DNA of 61,724 bases from Perkinsus olseni (GCA_013115125.1 JABANN010000147.1:1-61724); one strand, 5' to 3'. Shown: positions 38,663 to 51,617, counted from the stretch's first letter. Program-made: numbers and translations. Notes: a model not told the origin generated them from the letters alone.

Positions 38663-40713
38663 ATGCGAGGTGCAGCAGCAGCATCGCCTCGGTTTGTAAT
38701 TGGTAGTCGTTCTACAGCTCGACTAAGTCCCTATCAACGTCCCTCGTCGTCTCTATCATCATCAGCACAGTCAGCACGTAAAATGGTGAATCCTATCGAC
38801 GCTCTCGGGCAGGGCACCAGACTGATGGTGAAGGAGCCCGCTATCGTCCTTACTGAGAAGGAGACAGCTGTGTTCAAAGTCATCATGGACACCATCCATC
38901 ACTTCCAGCTCAGTAAGCCAATACCTCAACCAGACCACTGTTGATTCGCTTTGCCTCAGATACGGTTCCCCGAGCTGCGGGCGGTTGGGTTCGGGACAAG
39001 CTCCTGGGCAAGGAGAGCGATGACATAGACATAGCCGTTGATGACATGTCCGGTGAGTTGCCCTTCGCTCCGCTGCTGAGGTGTGATGGTCTCCTGCTTT
39101 TATCAGGTGAGACCTTTGCTTACAAGGTGAAGGACTTCCTCGCCACCACCTCTCCTAATGCCTCCTGTAGTTCGGTTGGAGTGGTACGCGCCAACCCCGA
39201 CCAGAGCAAGCATCTCGAAACCGCGACATTGAGGGTGCTGGATATCAGCCTCGATGTCAATAACCTGCGTACCGAAACATACACGCAGGTGAGTGAGGAG
39301 GTTCTCTCTTATACTACTATCTATGGAAGGCCAACTGCCACTCGGGGGAGTGATTGCAGAGTTCATTGCTTTGAGCTCCTATGATCGCCGGGAGATGATC
39401 CATGCCCTCAGGATTCGCGTATACCAGTGGTTGCACTGGGCACTCCCCAGGAAGATGCCAGTCGACGGGACTTCACTATCAACGCGTTGTTCTACAACTT
39501 GCGGACAGCGAGCGTCGAGGACTTCACTGGCAAGGGTCTCGATGATCTGAGAGTAGCGGTGTCTGTGTCGGAGTTCGGTAACAGGGAGTCCATCCTTTTA
39601 GGCCGGTATCATTCGGACGCCTTTGGAGCCTACTATTACCTTCCAGGATGACCCCTTGCGGATTCTCCGAGCTGTGAGATTCTCCACAAGATTGGGGTTC
39701 CGGTTGGACGATGGAATAGTGAAAGTACGGACGACCCCGGCAGCTCGTCACGTCGCTCTATAACAACATATTTTTCCAGGCAGCGTCAGACCCCAACATA
39801 TACGGTCTTCTTCTCACTAAAGTGTCTCGAGAGCGCTGGGGTGTGGAGGTGCACAAGATGCTGGTCCGCCGACCCACTAGCCTGGAGTACGTCTCTGGCG
39901 TCTCGTTACTCCTGGCCTCTTCATGAATGTGTTTTTCTCAGCTCCTTGGAGATGCTCGCCTCCCTTGGAATCATCAACGTCCTCACGACGGTGGGAGACT
40001 CGGCTAGGTTCGACGAACCGGACGAAGTCCCGAAGGATCAAGGCCCTATAGTGCAAGCTCTGGTCCATCGGCTCCGCGAGGTCGAGTCGGACCACCCCCT
40101 CACCGACGATCAGCATTTCGCCCTCACTCTTGCTATTCTTACTTCGGGTGTCTACGGTCTGCATGTGAGGGAAAAGCCAACCAAGCCCCCTCGCTGTGCT
40201 TGCTACGGCGTTCTGAGACACGGGCTCAAACTCCCCAACGCTGAAGCAGAGAGAGCGTCGGCTATTAGTGAGGTCGCATCTAGACTGTCGAAGGCCTCAC
40301 AGGATGAGCTAGACAACCCGGTCTTCGTGGGGCACTTCATGCGTTATCTCAAGGATGATTGGGTGGTTGCCGTCTGTCTTGCTGAGTGCCTTGCACCCGT
40401 TTCCGAGCGGCAGCGGTTCGTTGATTGCCGACAGAAAGCGCTGCAGAGCGGACTTGTTGGGTGTTGGAATTGGCGGGCCCCAGTCAATGGCGCGTCACTA
40501 GCGAAAGATTTCGGCATGCCTCGGGGAGAGGGTCTGAGCGTCCTCCTCGAGAAGCAAGTCGACAGGCTGCTTAGCAACTGCAGCATGGTTGTGAAGGATG
40601 AGCAGGAGTTCCGGTCATGGCTCCAGACAGAGGTCGATGAGTGGGTTGCTGCCAACCCAGAAGCTGTGGCAAGGGCGAATAAGGGCGGCAAGGCGAAAAA
40701 GGCCAAAAAATGA
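38663..40713 (+). CDS. CCA1: CCA-adding tRNA nucleotidyltransferase (class II)
   Basis: [70 protein letters not shown]. Confidence 0.93.
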
Positions 40714-41543
40714 TTCTCTGTCATATTTAGTGTTTCACCAATAAGTTGATGCTACTTCCATCAACTCTTGAGTGGGGTCAATCCCGGGAGGGTGCGCTGT
40801 ACTGTCGTTTGGCAAATCTCATTTGCAGAGCTTCCTGCGAGTGCTGGAGGATGTCGTTGATTTTTGATAAACAATATGGCGCTCATGGAACGAGCAAGAT
40901 CTGCACCGTGGATGAGGCTGCAACTTGTCTGAGATATCGATGATGGGGCTACCGCCGATGTTGGTACCGGCGTATACACGAAGATCTCGGATATCGCGCA
41001 AACCTTCGCGAGTAACTGTTAATTTATCCTGGTTCAGGTCATCTGATTGAATATTCTCTGGCTACGGCGTATCCAGCGTAGATGGCGTAGATGGACGAAA
41101 TCAACGACACTTCTGATCGTCCGCAGCAGGTGAGGTCCTGAGATGGCGCCGACGATTCCCCGCCTCTTGGATTCATGAGTACCACGGGGAGTAGAATTTC
41201 AATTCATGAGCCCGAACCTCAAACCGATAGTGGAGCAGGTGAACCTCCCGGGAGGATAACCACTGCCTTCTATTCTCAACTGCCTGCTCCTTGGGCTTTT
41301 TCACTAAGGGCCTAGGGAAGCTTTTTACGGCACGATGCCTCGCCCGCTACTGTCGGACCGGTGCTATTGACGGAAGCAGCTACCGCTGATCCGCCCACTG
41401 GCAACCAAACGGACTCTCGTCGTAGTAAAGTAGTGTAAGCCCTACGAGGTATAATGAAAGTTACCCTCGCTGGAACTTGACGTTCCGAACTTCCCAACGA
41501 CCCTACCAATGATCGCATTCTCCTTCGGTCATACTCATATGTT

Positions 41544-41565
41544 CTCCACATTGTGGAGTCCACAA
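41544..41565. repeat. Perfect 22-nt scar X[1-7]+rc(X)+X[2-8], X=ctccacaa
   Basis: ctccaca ttgtggag tccacaa read directly. Confidence 0.9.
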
Positions 41566-41922
41566 GGGACCCGAGTGAGTATAATAACGATAGAAGGTTA
41601 ACTACTCATCTCATGGAGAATCTCTGAATGGTACTAGAATAAAATCGGTACACTGATGTGCCCATGAACCAAGAGAGACACGATACGTGCTCGTAGCCGG
41701 CTGATTTCTCTCGCATAGAGCCGACGAGGTGATAACCGATGAGTATGTCAGCACTGGTGACTGGTGACTCACCAGTCCGAGGATGACACGATAGAAGATT
41801 CTTCAAGATTAAAGATCAGCTATTGGATTTAGTAGCACAAACCTTGATGGCCATGAGCCATGGTTGAGTCGAGAAGGAGAGGCCCAAATATACCACATAT
41901 CTGAAACGAGCGCAGATAGGTG

Positions 41923-42744
41923 TCAGACCCAGCCATTGAAGATGGAGAAGATCGCGTAGTGACTTTGGTTTCTCCCAGCTGATATGTTGACAGTAATGTC
42001 GGCGCTGTAATTCCAATGATCCAGGGCCGTGAAGTTGGTTCTGATGAATGGGAAGAACATAACCCTGGAGCTCAGGGAGCCAGCTGTCCCTTCCGCAGAG
42101 ACAATTGCCATGAGCTCATTCAGTCCCTTTTTGTTACTGACTATAGCATGGGCAGTACCATTGCCTTCCGCTCGCACCGTGCCGGCACCGGGAACGGTCG
42201 CTCTGGTTTTCAGGAATATGGGGAAATCGAGCCTTTTCGTACCTAGCCAATCATATCCGCCTACCTTCAGAAAAGTAGGAATAGAGAGATCTACGCCGAC
42301 CGAGATTCCAGCTGGTAGATTGAAGAGCCAGATAGTTCTACCATCCGCCCAAACACCAACATCGACTGGGCTTGAGTTAGACGCCAGCATGACCGCCAAT
42401 TCCAGAGTAGCGAACCCAGTGTACCCAGAGTTATTCGACGCGAAGAGCGCACCACCGTTATATTGGTGAGGGCCCTTCAGAACGTACCAGCAATGATTCT
42501 CTCCCTGGAAACCTTTTCCTGGAGGCAAACAGCCTGGGGGGCTTTCAGTAACAACCGGCAGGCGTAGAGAACGAACTTCAGGGTCCTGGATAGGATTGTC
42601 AACGGCGCCATCCATCACGAGAGCATCGGCCCAGAACGGGTTGACCATTTCGATCAGGAGAATGTTGACAGCGATTCCCCATTTCCAGCTGTTCGACTTT
42701 GAGTCAGTCGCGCAGTCCATCTCTATTCCGTGAGTTGCAGGCAT
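41923..42744 (-). CDS. Intronless secreted/membrane protein of a lineage-specific multigene family, copy 1 (intact)
   Basis: 273-aa ORF; hydrophobic N-terminal segment then MDGAVDNPIQDP...GCLPPG...ASNNSGYTGFATLELAVMLASNSSPVDVGVWADG; paralogues at 44.5 and 53.4 kb. Confidence 0.8.
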   Translation of the reverse strand: MPATHGIEMDCATDSKSNSWKWGIAVNILLIEMVNPFWADALVMDGAVDNPIQDPEVRSLRLPVVTESPPGCLPPGKGFQGENHCWYVLKGPHQYNGGALFASNNSGYTGFATLELAVMLASNSSPVDVGVWADGRTIWLFNLPAGISVGVDLSIPTFLKVGGYDWLGTKRLDFPIFLKTRATVPGAGTVRAEGNGTAHAIVSNKKGLNELMAIVSAEGTAGSLSSRVMFFPFIRTNFTALDHWNYSADITVNISAGRNQSHYAIFSIFNGWV

Positions 42745-43422
42745 TCACGCAGGAAAGGTGGAAGCTCGACGAGAAAACAATTTTGACTTGTTTCTCATGA
42801 CGATAGAGTCCCTGCCGGGCAAGGTGTCCAAGGAGTTGTGGTGGGTGGAGCCCGCACAACCGTTGTGCAACAACGGTGTCACCGTGACTTCAGGGCCAAA
42901 CGGCTTAACCCGAGTAACGCCGGATGGCAGATCCGGGATCTTCCGAGATCAGGTCCGGCCGGCATTTACTGGAGTTCACTGTGAACTGTTCCCATCAATC
43001 TCGAATGACGATTCAAGCGCTGTCAGGTCCACATCGCAAAATGTGCGGACCGCAGAAATCTCCCCGGAGCCGCCTGTCTCGGTCGCATCAGCGTGACCGC
43101 GCAAATTGTGCGACACAGTGGTCGGCGACCACTGGTCGTAGCCTGCGAGACCAGTCACTGGCCATCAGCGGCAGTACCTGGAAACTAGCTGATCTTAGTG
43201 GAATGCACCGCATGTATGCCTCGAGAGAAGTTACTCTCCTATGTAAGGCGCGGATCCTAAAGGTAACACGGGAGCGACCGAAGGTACATATTGGGTCGTT
43301 AATGCAACCGATGGCTCGTGCGCACAACGGAAGATGCTGCAGTGCAACTCCAGGACCGCTTTGGGGATATTGTTATCAGACCTTGGCCCTGGCACGCCTT
43401 CGAGGTAAAGTTCACACAGGCA

Positions 43423-43444
43423 CACCAGCAGCTGGTGACCAGCT
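43423..43444. repeat. Perfect 22-nt scar, X=caccagct
   Basis: caccagc agctggtg accagct read directly. Confidence 0.9.
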
Positions 43445-43753
43445 GATGATTCAAACCGACAACCCCCCCACAGAGGCTTCTTCTGTAGCATCTACACGTT
43501 GAGAGAGAAGTGGGTCTCCTCTGGTAGACTTGCAAATTCTGGGAACCCGCAAGTAGTTGAGATGGTATCCGGTGGCTTGTCACCGATGGTGATGATGCGT
43601 CGCATCCGATGCGGACTACTGTACTTGTGTCATCGGTTTACTGCGTTCGTGAATGACTCCATGAGGGATGGCTGGGTAGTCTGATCGCCAGACTGTGGTG
43701 AATCACCACTGGTGGTGGTCTCCGTCTCGCAGAAATTCCGCGCGACATCCCGT

Positions 43754-43784
43754 CGCGAGACATTCCGCAGCGGAATGTCTCGCG
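43754..43784. repeat. Perfect 15-bp inverted repeat with 1-nt axis
   Basis: cgcgagacattccgc a gcggaatgtctcgcg. Confidence 0.95.
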
Positions 43785-44009
43785 CGTGCTTCTGGCAGAC
43801 AGCGATCCATTGACGGCCCCCCCCCGGCAAGATCTCGGGTGTAATCATCGATCCCACGGGGCGGGGAATAATCGAACGATCATACAACGCGATGTTGATG
43901 CCCTCGAGGGAACCCGCGACTCCATTGAGATAATGTAGCTCTGAGGAATCTATCGCACCGAAAAAGTCGAGAGCCGCTCTTTTTACTCTATGCTGTAGTC
44001 GTCTCTTCT

Positions 44010-44031
44010 CAGTTGTTACAACTGAGTTGTA
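44010..44031. repeat. Perfect 22-nt scar, X=cagttgta
   Basis: cagttgt tacaactg agttgta read directly. Confidence 0.9.
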
Positions 44032-44450
44032 ACTTCGGAACGCAACCTGGGGTGTCGGGAGGCCAAGGAAATAGTCGCCGCGCCCTGACTTGGCGCGAAT
44101 GCGGGCCGCTCACTAATATAGCTTATATGTCTATTCCATCTTCTGCGCACAACGTCGCAAACCCACTTCACAATTTCCGATCGGGTCCTTTCCGCATGCG
44201 GACTCATCGCCTGCCAATGCTACTGCAAGCGCCTGAAGCGTTACGCAAACTTGCAACTCAAAACCCTTCTGCATCTATTCAATAGACCAATAGATTTTAT
44301 TGGTCCTAGCGCTGAGGTAATAATGTATACCGAAGAACAGAATTCCACCACGTTAGTGATCATCGCAAAGCACTATAGGATTAGCGGTACTGTAACTCTA
44401 AGTTCCAATCCTCGTAGCGACATAGCCGATCACAGCAGGCATGATGATGC

Positions 44451-44876
44451 TCAAACGAATGGGAAAGGATTGGCCGGGCTGGTCGCAACCGGGACGAACC
44501 CCCGGAAATAATCATATCCGCCGGTCTTCGAGGAGGTTGGAATAGAGAGGTCTACGCCGACCGATATCCCATACGCTAAATCGAAGAGCCAGAGAGTTCG
44601 ACCATCCGCCCAAACACCAACATCGACTGGACTTGAGTTGGGCGCCAGGATGACCGCCATTTCCAGAGTAGCGAAGCCAGTGTACCCAGAATTATTCGAG
44701 GCCATAAGTACACCTCCGTTAACTTGGCTGGGGCCCTTCAGAACGTACCCACAATAGCTCTTTTCCTGAAAACCCGCACCCGGTGGCAAACAACCCGGGG
44801 GCTTTTCATTCACAACGGGCAGACGCAGAGAACGAAGATCAGGGTCTTGCATAGGGTTGGCAACGGGACCATCCAT
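44451..44876 (-). pseudogene. Multigene family copy 2, truncated
   Basis: Homologous to copy 1 up to GGYD, then an early stop; the hydrophobic segment after aaaggtataatcgtt seen in copy 3 is largely missing. Confidence 0.7.
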
Positions 44877-46167
44877 TTTGAGGGCATCAGCGTTGGTAAC
44901 GATTATACCTTTTTAATGCTTTGTCTTCGAGACGGCCTCACAATTGACCCTGGTTGCATAAGCAGCACACATCAATGCGAGAGAAGTACGACAACTGTAT
45001 TAACAAAGAATTGTGACGCTCCAACATGCCATCGCAAGTTACAAATGCTCTGGCACAGTTGCCGTGGCCCGATGGACCAACTGAAATTAAGGATGCTGGA
45101 GCAATCCGCTGCATACTGAATGATTTGAGACTAAATATTGGTGTGTATACTAATCTCATATGGAGGGTGCATATGTCCGTGCTTATATGCAAGTCAGCGA
45201 AGATCACACGCGTCAAGTGGGACCAACCAAACCGTGAGCTTCAGCACGTTCACAATCCGGTCGTGACAGGGTGCAAGGGCCCGGAAAATGCGACCCTGCG
45301 TTCATCGCTCTGATTTGCTTGCTCATGAGTGCAAAAATGCCACCTTGGAAATCCATTCTTTGACGAATGCCGGTGCAGACTGGAACGGAGGAACGACCAA
45401 TGGTGGGAACCGCACGGTAGATTATGACCGGCGTATGCGGGCAACTGGTTGTGCGCATATGCGGAAATCATTTCTCGGAATTGCACGGATCGAGGGCTTG
45501 GTTACTAACGGGTCTTTGACCAGAGCGCGTTGGGAATAAGAGGAGACTTAAGAAAGCCAGGTTACCATCTCTGGGTGGTTGCTGCGTTGCACTTTCGGAG
45601 TCACTCTCCGACAGCATCGGAAGTGTTAACCAGGTTAGCTTAACCTCAATTGAACTTCACCTAAACTCCAGGCCCTAGAGAAGCGCTTGCTGCGATTGAC
45701 GATTCAAGATAAGACGTTCTGCAACGTCTGTAAGGAGCGGGGTAGAAGGTTCTCTTACTGTGGACTCAACCATCTGAATAGAAAAACGGTATTTTGCTAT
45801 CTCCCTTTGTGCTACTCCCTACAGTGAAGGCTCCTTTATGAAAGTCACGGGCGGCAGATGCTCGCAGCGAATACTGTGCAGGAGAAGTCCAAAAGTGATA
45901 TTCTCGCGGCCTGAAGTCCCAGTTCTCGAGAATCTCGAGCATCTATATCGTGGCCTTATGTGATTCGGAAGTGCGTGGCTACTTGACTTTTTCCGGCATC
46001 TGTTCAACACCATTGTGGATCATTTTTCGGAGAGCTGGTAGTGTTGAGCTAAGCACCCTATGATCTTACCGCGGAGCTGTTCTGGCCTAATCCTGTTGGT
46101 GAATATTGGGCGCATATCCCTAGTTTTTTGAGACCTAGTTCATTTTCGTTGAAAATTTGTGGCTTTT

Positions 46168-49100
46168 ATGGATATCGGTTCATTCGGACTGAAGGAGTCG
46201 TTAGTATTGGTCTACCGGACGAGAGGTGTGAACCAGCTCTACGAGTGGCAGAGTGAGTGCCTCTCCCTCCCTGGTGTCCTCGAGGGTAACCGAAACCTCA
46301 TCTACTGTGCCCCAACCAGTGGCGGTAAAACACTGGTGTCCGAGATCGTCATGCTCCGCCGACTTGCTGGTGATGGCCGTCGTGCTTTATTCGTGTTACC
46401 GTATATCAGTGTGGTCTCGGAGAAAGAGGCCTACCTCCAGAGTCTTTGCCGCCCTGCTCAGTACAAGGTGCAGGCTTTTTACGGAGGTTCTTCTGGCAAC
46501 TTCCTTGCGATGGAGCGGTACGACATAGCAGTATGCACCATCGAGAAGGCTAACAGCTTGGTCAATGCCCTTCTGGAACAGCCGGGGGTTGATCCTGGGT
46601 CAGAACTCTCACGACTGCTAGGTTGCCTGGTATTGGACGAACTCCATCTCCTCGGCGATAGTCAGCGGGGGTACCTCCTGGAAGTCCTAGTAGCTAAGGT
46701 ACGGTACTTTGCCCCGACATGCCAGATAGTCGGCATGTCTGCAACGCTTCCGAACGTCTCTGAAGTAGCAGCTTGGCTTGACGCCAGCCTTTACGTCACG
46801 GACTTCCGCCCCGTCCCCCTGCACGAGTACGTAGTGTGCACGCGAACTGTCTTCACCTGTGATGGAGATCGTAGACCAGTTCGTGCCCTTGAGGACTCCA
46901 ACAAGCTGATGCCCGCGACAGATACCGACGGGTTCATGCTCGCCGTGTGGGAGGCCGTATCAGTTGGCAATTCAGTACTCGTGTTCTGCCCCTCTAAAAT
47001 GAAGTGTGAGGTAGCATGCGGTCTTCTAACTAAATCGTTGCCTTGGGCGTCCGCCCCTCTTGCGCCCCAGGATACCCATAACCACCGCCTTCAACTGCGT
47101 GCTGAGCTCGAACTGTGCAGCTGCAACACGGGCGCCGGGCTGGACAAGAACTTGGCCGATGGCATCTTGGTCGGGGTGGCCTTCCACCACAGCGGCCTTA
47201 CTACTGAGGAGCGGGATATTGTGGAGCGGGGATATAGGAGTGGAGCTATTACGTGCCTTACTTGTACCAGTACTCTCGCAGCTGGAGTGAACCTTCCTGC
47301 CCAGCGAGTCGTCTTTAGAACTCCATTCATCGCCACAGAGTTCCTCGACACGACAAGGTACCGACAAATGTCTGGCAGAGCTGGCCGGTCGGGTCATTCC
47401 AGTGCCTCGGGTGAAAGCTACGTCATTTGCTCCAGCGAAGTTGAGAAGAAACGTGTAACGTCGATGGCCGTGGCTGCGTTGCCGCCTCTTAGAAGCGCTC
47501 TTGGCCAGAACTGTGTAGGCTTACAGCGTCTCTTATTAGAGGTTATGGCGACGGCCGGCCAGATGAAGGACGATCAGATCATGCGTTTGGCGAGAGCCAC
47601 CTTCCTGGATCGCCAGCTCGACGCGCCAAGCGACCAGAAGAAGAGGCGCAACAGCGTAGCTGAGGATTTTCCTGCGGTCCACGCCGGTATGAAGTACCTG
47701 TTATCGACAGAGATGGTCCGCTTTAACCGTGACAACCAGCTGTACATGGCTACTCCTCTCGGACGAGCTGTGTGTGCTAGCGGCCTCAGCTGTGAAGCGG
47801 GTATCGTGCTTTGGGAGGAGCTGAAGCGCCTTCGGAATCAGACCGGTCTGTGCCTGGAGGGAGAGCTTCACTTAATCTACCTGGCGACGCCATGGGAAGC
47901 GTCAGTTTCCGAGTCGTTGATCGACTGGAATGTCTATGCTGCCGTTGTTGAAGGCGACCTCAGCAAACAGCAGCAAGCGTCTCTGGATGTCATTGGCATC
48001 AGTATGGCGAAGATACAACAAGCTTCGATACAAGGGAGGCTCAGTCAGGCTGCCAAAGAACGCGATCCTGAAGGATGTCGCCGGGTCGTGAAGTTCTACA
48101 GTACTCTCCTAATTTGGGCCCTAATGTGTGAGATACCGATAGAACAGGTTATCCATCGTTTTGGATCCAAGATAGGCCGAGGCTTGCTGCAGTCCCTCAT
48201 ATCCTCTGCCAGTGCGTTCACTTCGTGCATTGCGGTTTTCTGCGGCAAACTCCGCTGGAGAGTCCTAGAATCCGTCTTCGACACCTTTGCTGGCCGTCTG
48301 TCCAGCATGTGCCATCGTCGGCCTGAGCTGCTCGCTTTGTCTGAGATACCCAAGCTGTCGCCAGCCTGGGCACGCCAGTTGTATGATGCGGGCTTTGTGA
48401 GTCCGAAGATGGTGGCTGGTGCTACTCCTCAAGAATTACAGTCGGTCCTGCGGCGTGTTCTACCGCGACAGATTCCTGATGTACCGGAAGACGCTCTTGA
48501 GAGGCTCATCAAGGACGCTGCCCTCACAGCCAAAGAGCAGCGGAAACAGAAGCTGAGAGAGGCTAGGGAGGTTCAAGTCACGGTCTCCCACCGGCCTATA
48601 CCGGAGGCTCCTCCTGTTGTGCTGAGTACGCCATTTGTTTCTGACGAGAATGACCCCACAGTGCAGCCGCGCAGTCCTGTCAGATCTACTCGGCTGTCGT
48701 CTGCCAGTATGTTCACTCCTGGTGGTGGCTGTGGGGACCCATCCCAGGTGGGGTTCACGCCTGCGACGGGCTATAACGACGTATTGGATCCGACAGAGTT
48801 CCTGTGGGCATCTCAACGCAACCGATGTGATGTGACCGTCGAGGTGGACCCTGAGCGGCTGTCAGCTGGTTTGAGTAGACTCGGCCGTAGGAGTCTCACG
48901 CTGAAAGACAGGTTGTCGAGGTCCTCAGCTCAAGGGCAAGCGCTCTCCTCGATGCATCCAGCCAAGCGAAGGCGTCTCACAGCAGCCTCCGTCCGCACCT
49001 CGGGAGAGGCTGCCACTCCAGACACCTCCCTCCTCGAGCAGGACGTTGAGCCGATGGAGCGACGTCGTAGCTCGGTTGCCAACCCCCGAGACTTGCAGCA

Positions 49101-51617
49101 GCGCTACTGGATGGTGCGGTTCCTCGCCGCTATGCCTCCCCTCGCCAGTGCAGGGGGTCTCTTCGACCTCACCGACGTCATCCGCGAGGGAATCAATGTT
49201 CTGGTATGCCAACCGGGAGTCCGGGACAGCATGACCGTAATGTGGCTTTACGGCAATGCTGTGGAATACGCTATAGTGAACGAGTCTATGGATGAACTGA
49301 GGTGCATCCTCGAGGGCACGGCTCAATATAAACTCATCATCACAGAATCAGCGGCTGACTTCTGGAGGTTGTTGAAGCGAAAGAACCCCGTCATGCGGTG
49401 CTCAGCGTGCACGTCTACGGTCGTCGTAGACCCGCAGCTTATGTCCTGGCTCCGCGACCCGGAGGACTCAACTGGCCCGTCGCTGGAGAAGTATGTCAAG
49501 CGACTGTCAGCTCCTCATTATCTCGACCGAGACTTGAAGCAGTGTCTTGCTCTTTACACTCTCTGCGCGGAACTTGGTCGTGGCTTGGTGCAGCACCCAG
49601 GCCTCCTCGAGCTCCTTGTTACGTTGGAGGCACCCACTGCTGCTCTCCTTGTCGACATGGAGACGACAGGGCTGATGGTCACTCCGTCTTACTGGTTTCA
49701 CTGGCAGGGCAAACATGCGAGGTATAAAATACAGGCTCTCGAAGTAGCCGTTCGAGAGGCTGTTGGCCGCTATGTAGCCCTAGGGAACGCCGAGGATGTT
49801 AGCAAGGCCATATTCGATGACCTTGCTGTACCGGTACCCGAAGGACTGAGGCCGCGTAAGGTGAAGAAGAACGGTCACAAAATCTACGCCGTGGACCAGA
49901 AGATGCTCATGCAGCTGGAACCTCCCGAGCGCTGCCGTGATCTCTTCGACTGGATCATAGAGCACCGGCGTCTCAGTCACGCCCTGAGCAAATACGCTAT
50001 CATCGACCGTCACGTGATACATGATGGACTGAGAGTTCACACTGTCTTCTCCCAGACGGGTGAGCTCTTGCGTATATCATTCATGCTGCTCCCTGAACGG
50101 CCCTCCTGTTTTCCGGCAGGCACTGCTACGGGGCGGCTGAAGTCAACGGACCCGAATTTGCTGACGGTGGAGAATGCTTTCGAAATATCAGATGTGTGCC
50201 GGCCCTCTGTGGCGACTGACTTCCATGGAGGACACCTCAATCTGCTACAAGAAGGTGATTCTTCGGTCGTACGATGGTCCCCTTCAGGATGTTTAGGTAC
50301 CGACGTATTCGCGTCCCTCATAACTGCGCCTCCGCCCTCGCATCGGGCCCTCATCGAAGCAAGACTGGTCTCCGTGTCGGGTAGCCTTACTGCAGCCGAC
50401 GAAATCGTTCCCGGTGCGATCTCGGCTGCTGTGAGGGGGCGCCCTCTCGGCGAGTAGGACTACATTTCAATCCATAAGCACTGAAGCCATAGTGTTCAGG
50501 TACTGGTCCACATATGGTTGGCCGGGTTACAACAACGCGGATGCAGCTCGTCGTGTCCCTCAATGTACAGTGCAGCTCGCGACGGGGCAGAAACTCGTGT
50601 GGGCCTTCAGGAGGGACCCGTGCGACTCAAAAAACAGGCTGACACTCAGGTTCCCTGCGGACCAAGTCTTCCGTCAGAATGCCGCCGTCACACTCACTGG
50701 TGTTGATGCCAATGCTCGGAAACGCATTATAGCCTTACGGTATGCCTTCGTTGCTCCCAAGGGGCGATTGCTTCTCAGTGTTGACTACTGCCAGCTTGAG
50801 GTGATCTATTCCGTTGCGGCAAAGAATCCACCATCACGTATGGTTAGGCCCGGCTCTTGGCACACTTCTGCGGAGATCCGAGGCTCATCGCACTCTTCAA
50901 CCAGCCAGTTGCAGAACGTTCAGTAGAGCCGACCTACGACATCTTCATCCACATAGCGTCAACGTGGCTGTCTAAGCCGCTGAGTGAGGTCACTGACGTA
51001 GAGCGCAATGGTATCAAGCAGCTAGTTTATGGGGTCATTTACGGTATGGGCGCTCGCAGCTTATCTCGAGAAATGGGTGTCACACTAGCGGAGGGTGAAG
51101 CTCTGATGAACAAATTCGACAGCGAGTTTCCACGAGTGCGTGAGTGGACGAGGTCAGTCATCCAGGATGCCACTAGGGAGGGCGCTTCTGTACCGAGCAT
51201 ACTTGGCCGACCTCGGCATTTGGCTGGGCTCGGTGGCACTCCACAGGAGCGAGCAAGAGCGCAGAGGCAAGCCGTGAACACCACGTGCCAAGCTAGTGCG
51301 GCAGACATCATGAAAGCCGCTACGCTAAAGGTCGCTGCGAGGCTGATGACGATGCGGGACGAGAACGGGTAGCCCATCGCTGGTCAGTGGGAGAACTCCA
51401 TCGAGGATGTTCTCCTTTCAGTCGTCCCCCAGCTGAAATACTCCTGCAAATTCACGACGAGCTGCTCCTCGAGGTCGATGAAGATCGGGTCGGGGATATT
51501 GCAGACATTGTCGTCGAGGCTATGGTGAAGGCTGTTCCATTGACCGTTAAACTGCAGGTGAAGTGGGGGACAGGCCGGACCTGGGGATCTATACAAACAG
51601 CATGTATCGGTGCATAG
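46168..51617 (+). CDS. POLQ: DNA polymerase theta (SF2 helicase + A-family polymerase)
   Basis: Helicase motifs APTSGGKT, DELH, GMSAT, STLAAGVNLPA, QMSGRAGR; polymerase motifs GTATGRL, SVDYCQLE|ARLLAHF, KQLVYGVIYGMG, RQAVNTTCQASAADIMK, LQIHDELLLE. About 3.9-kb first exon, then short introns. Confidence 0.95.

Noticed and set aside
40714-46167. Transposase, reverse transcriptase or integrase remnant in the island
   Set aside because: No DDE, RT or zinc-knuckle motifs found in the short ORFs.
46159-50457. 1432-aa ORF as a stand-alone helicase
   Set aside because: It reads through in-frame introns and splices on to the polymerase exons ending at 51617; one POLQ gene.
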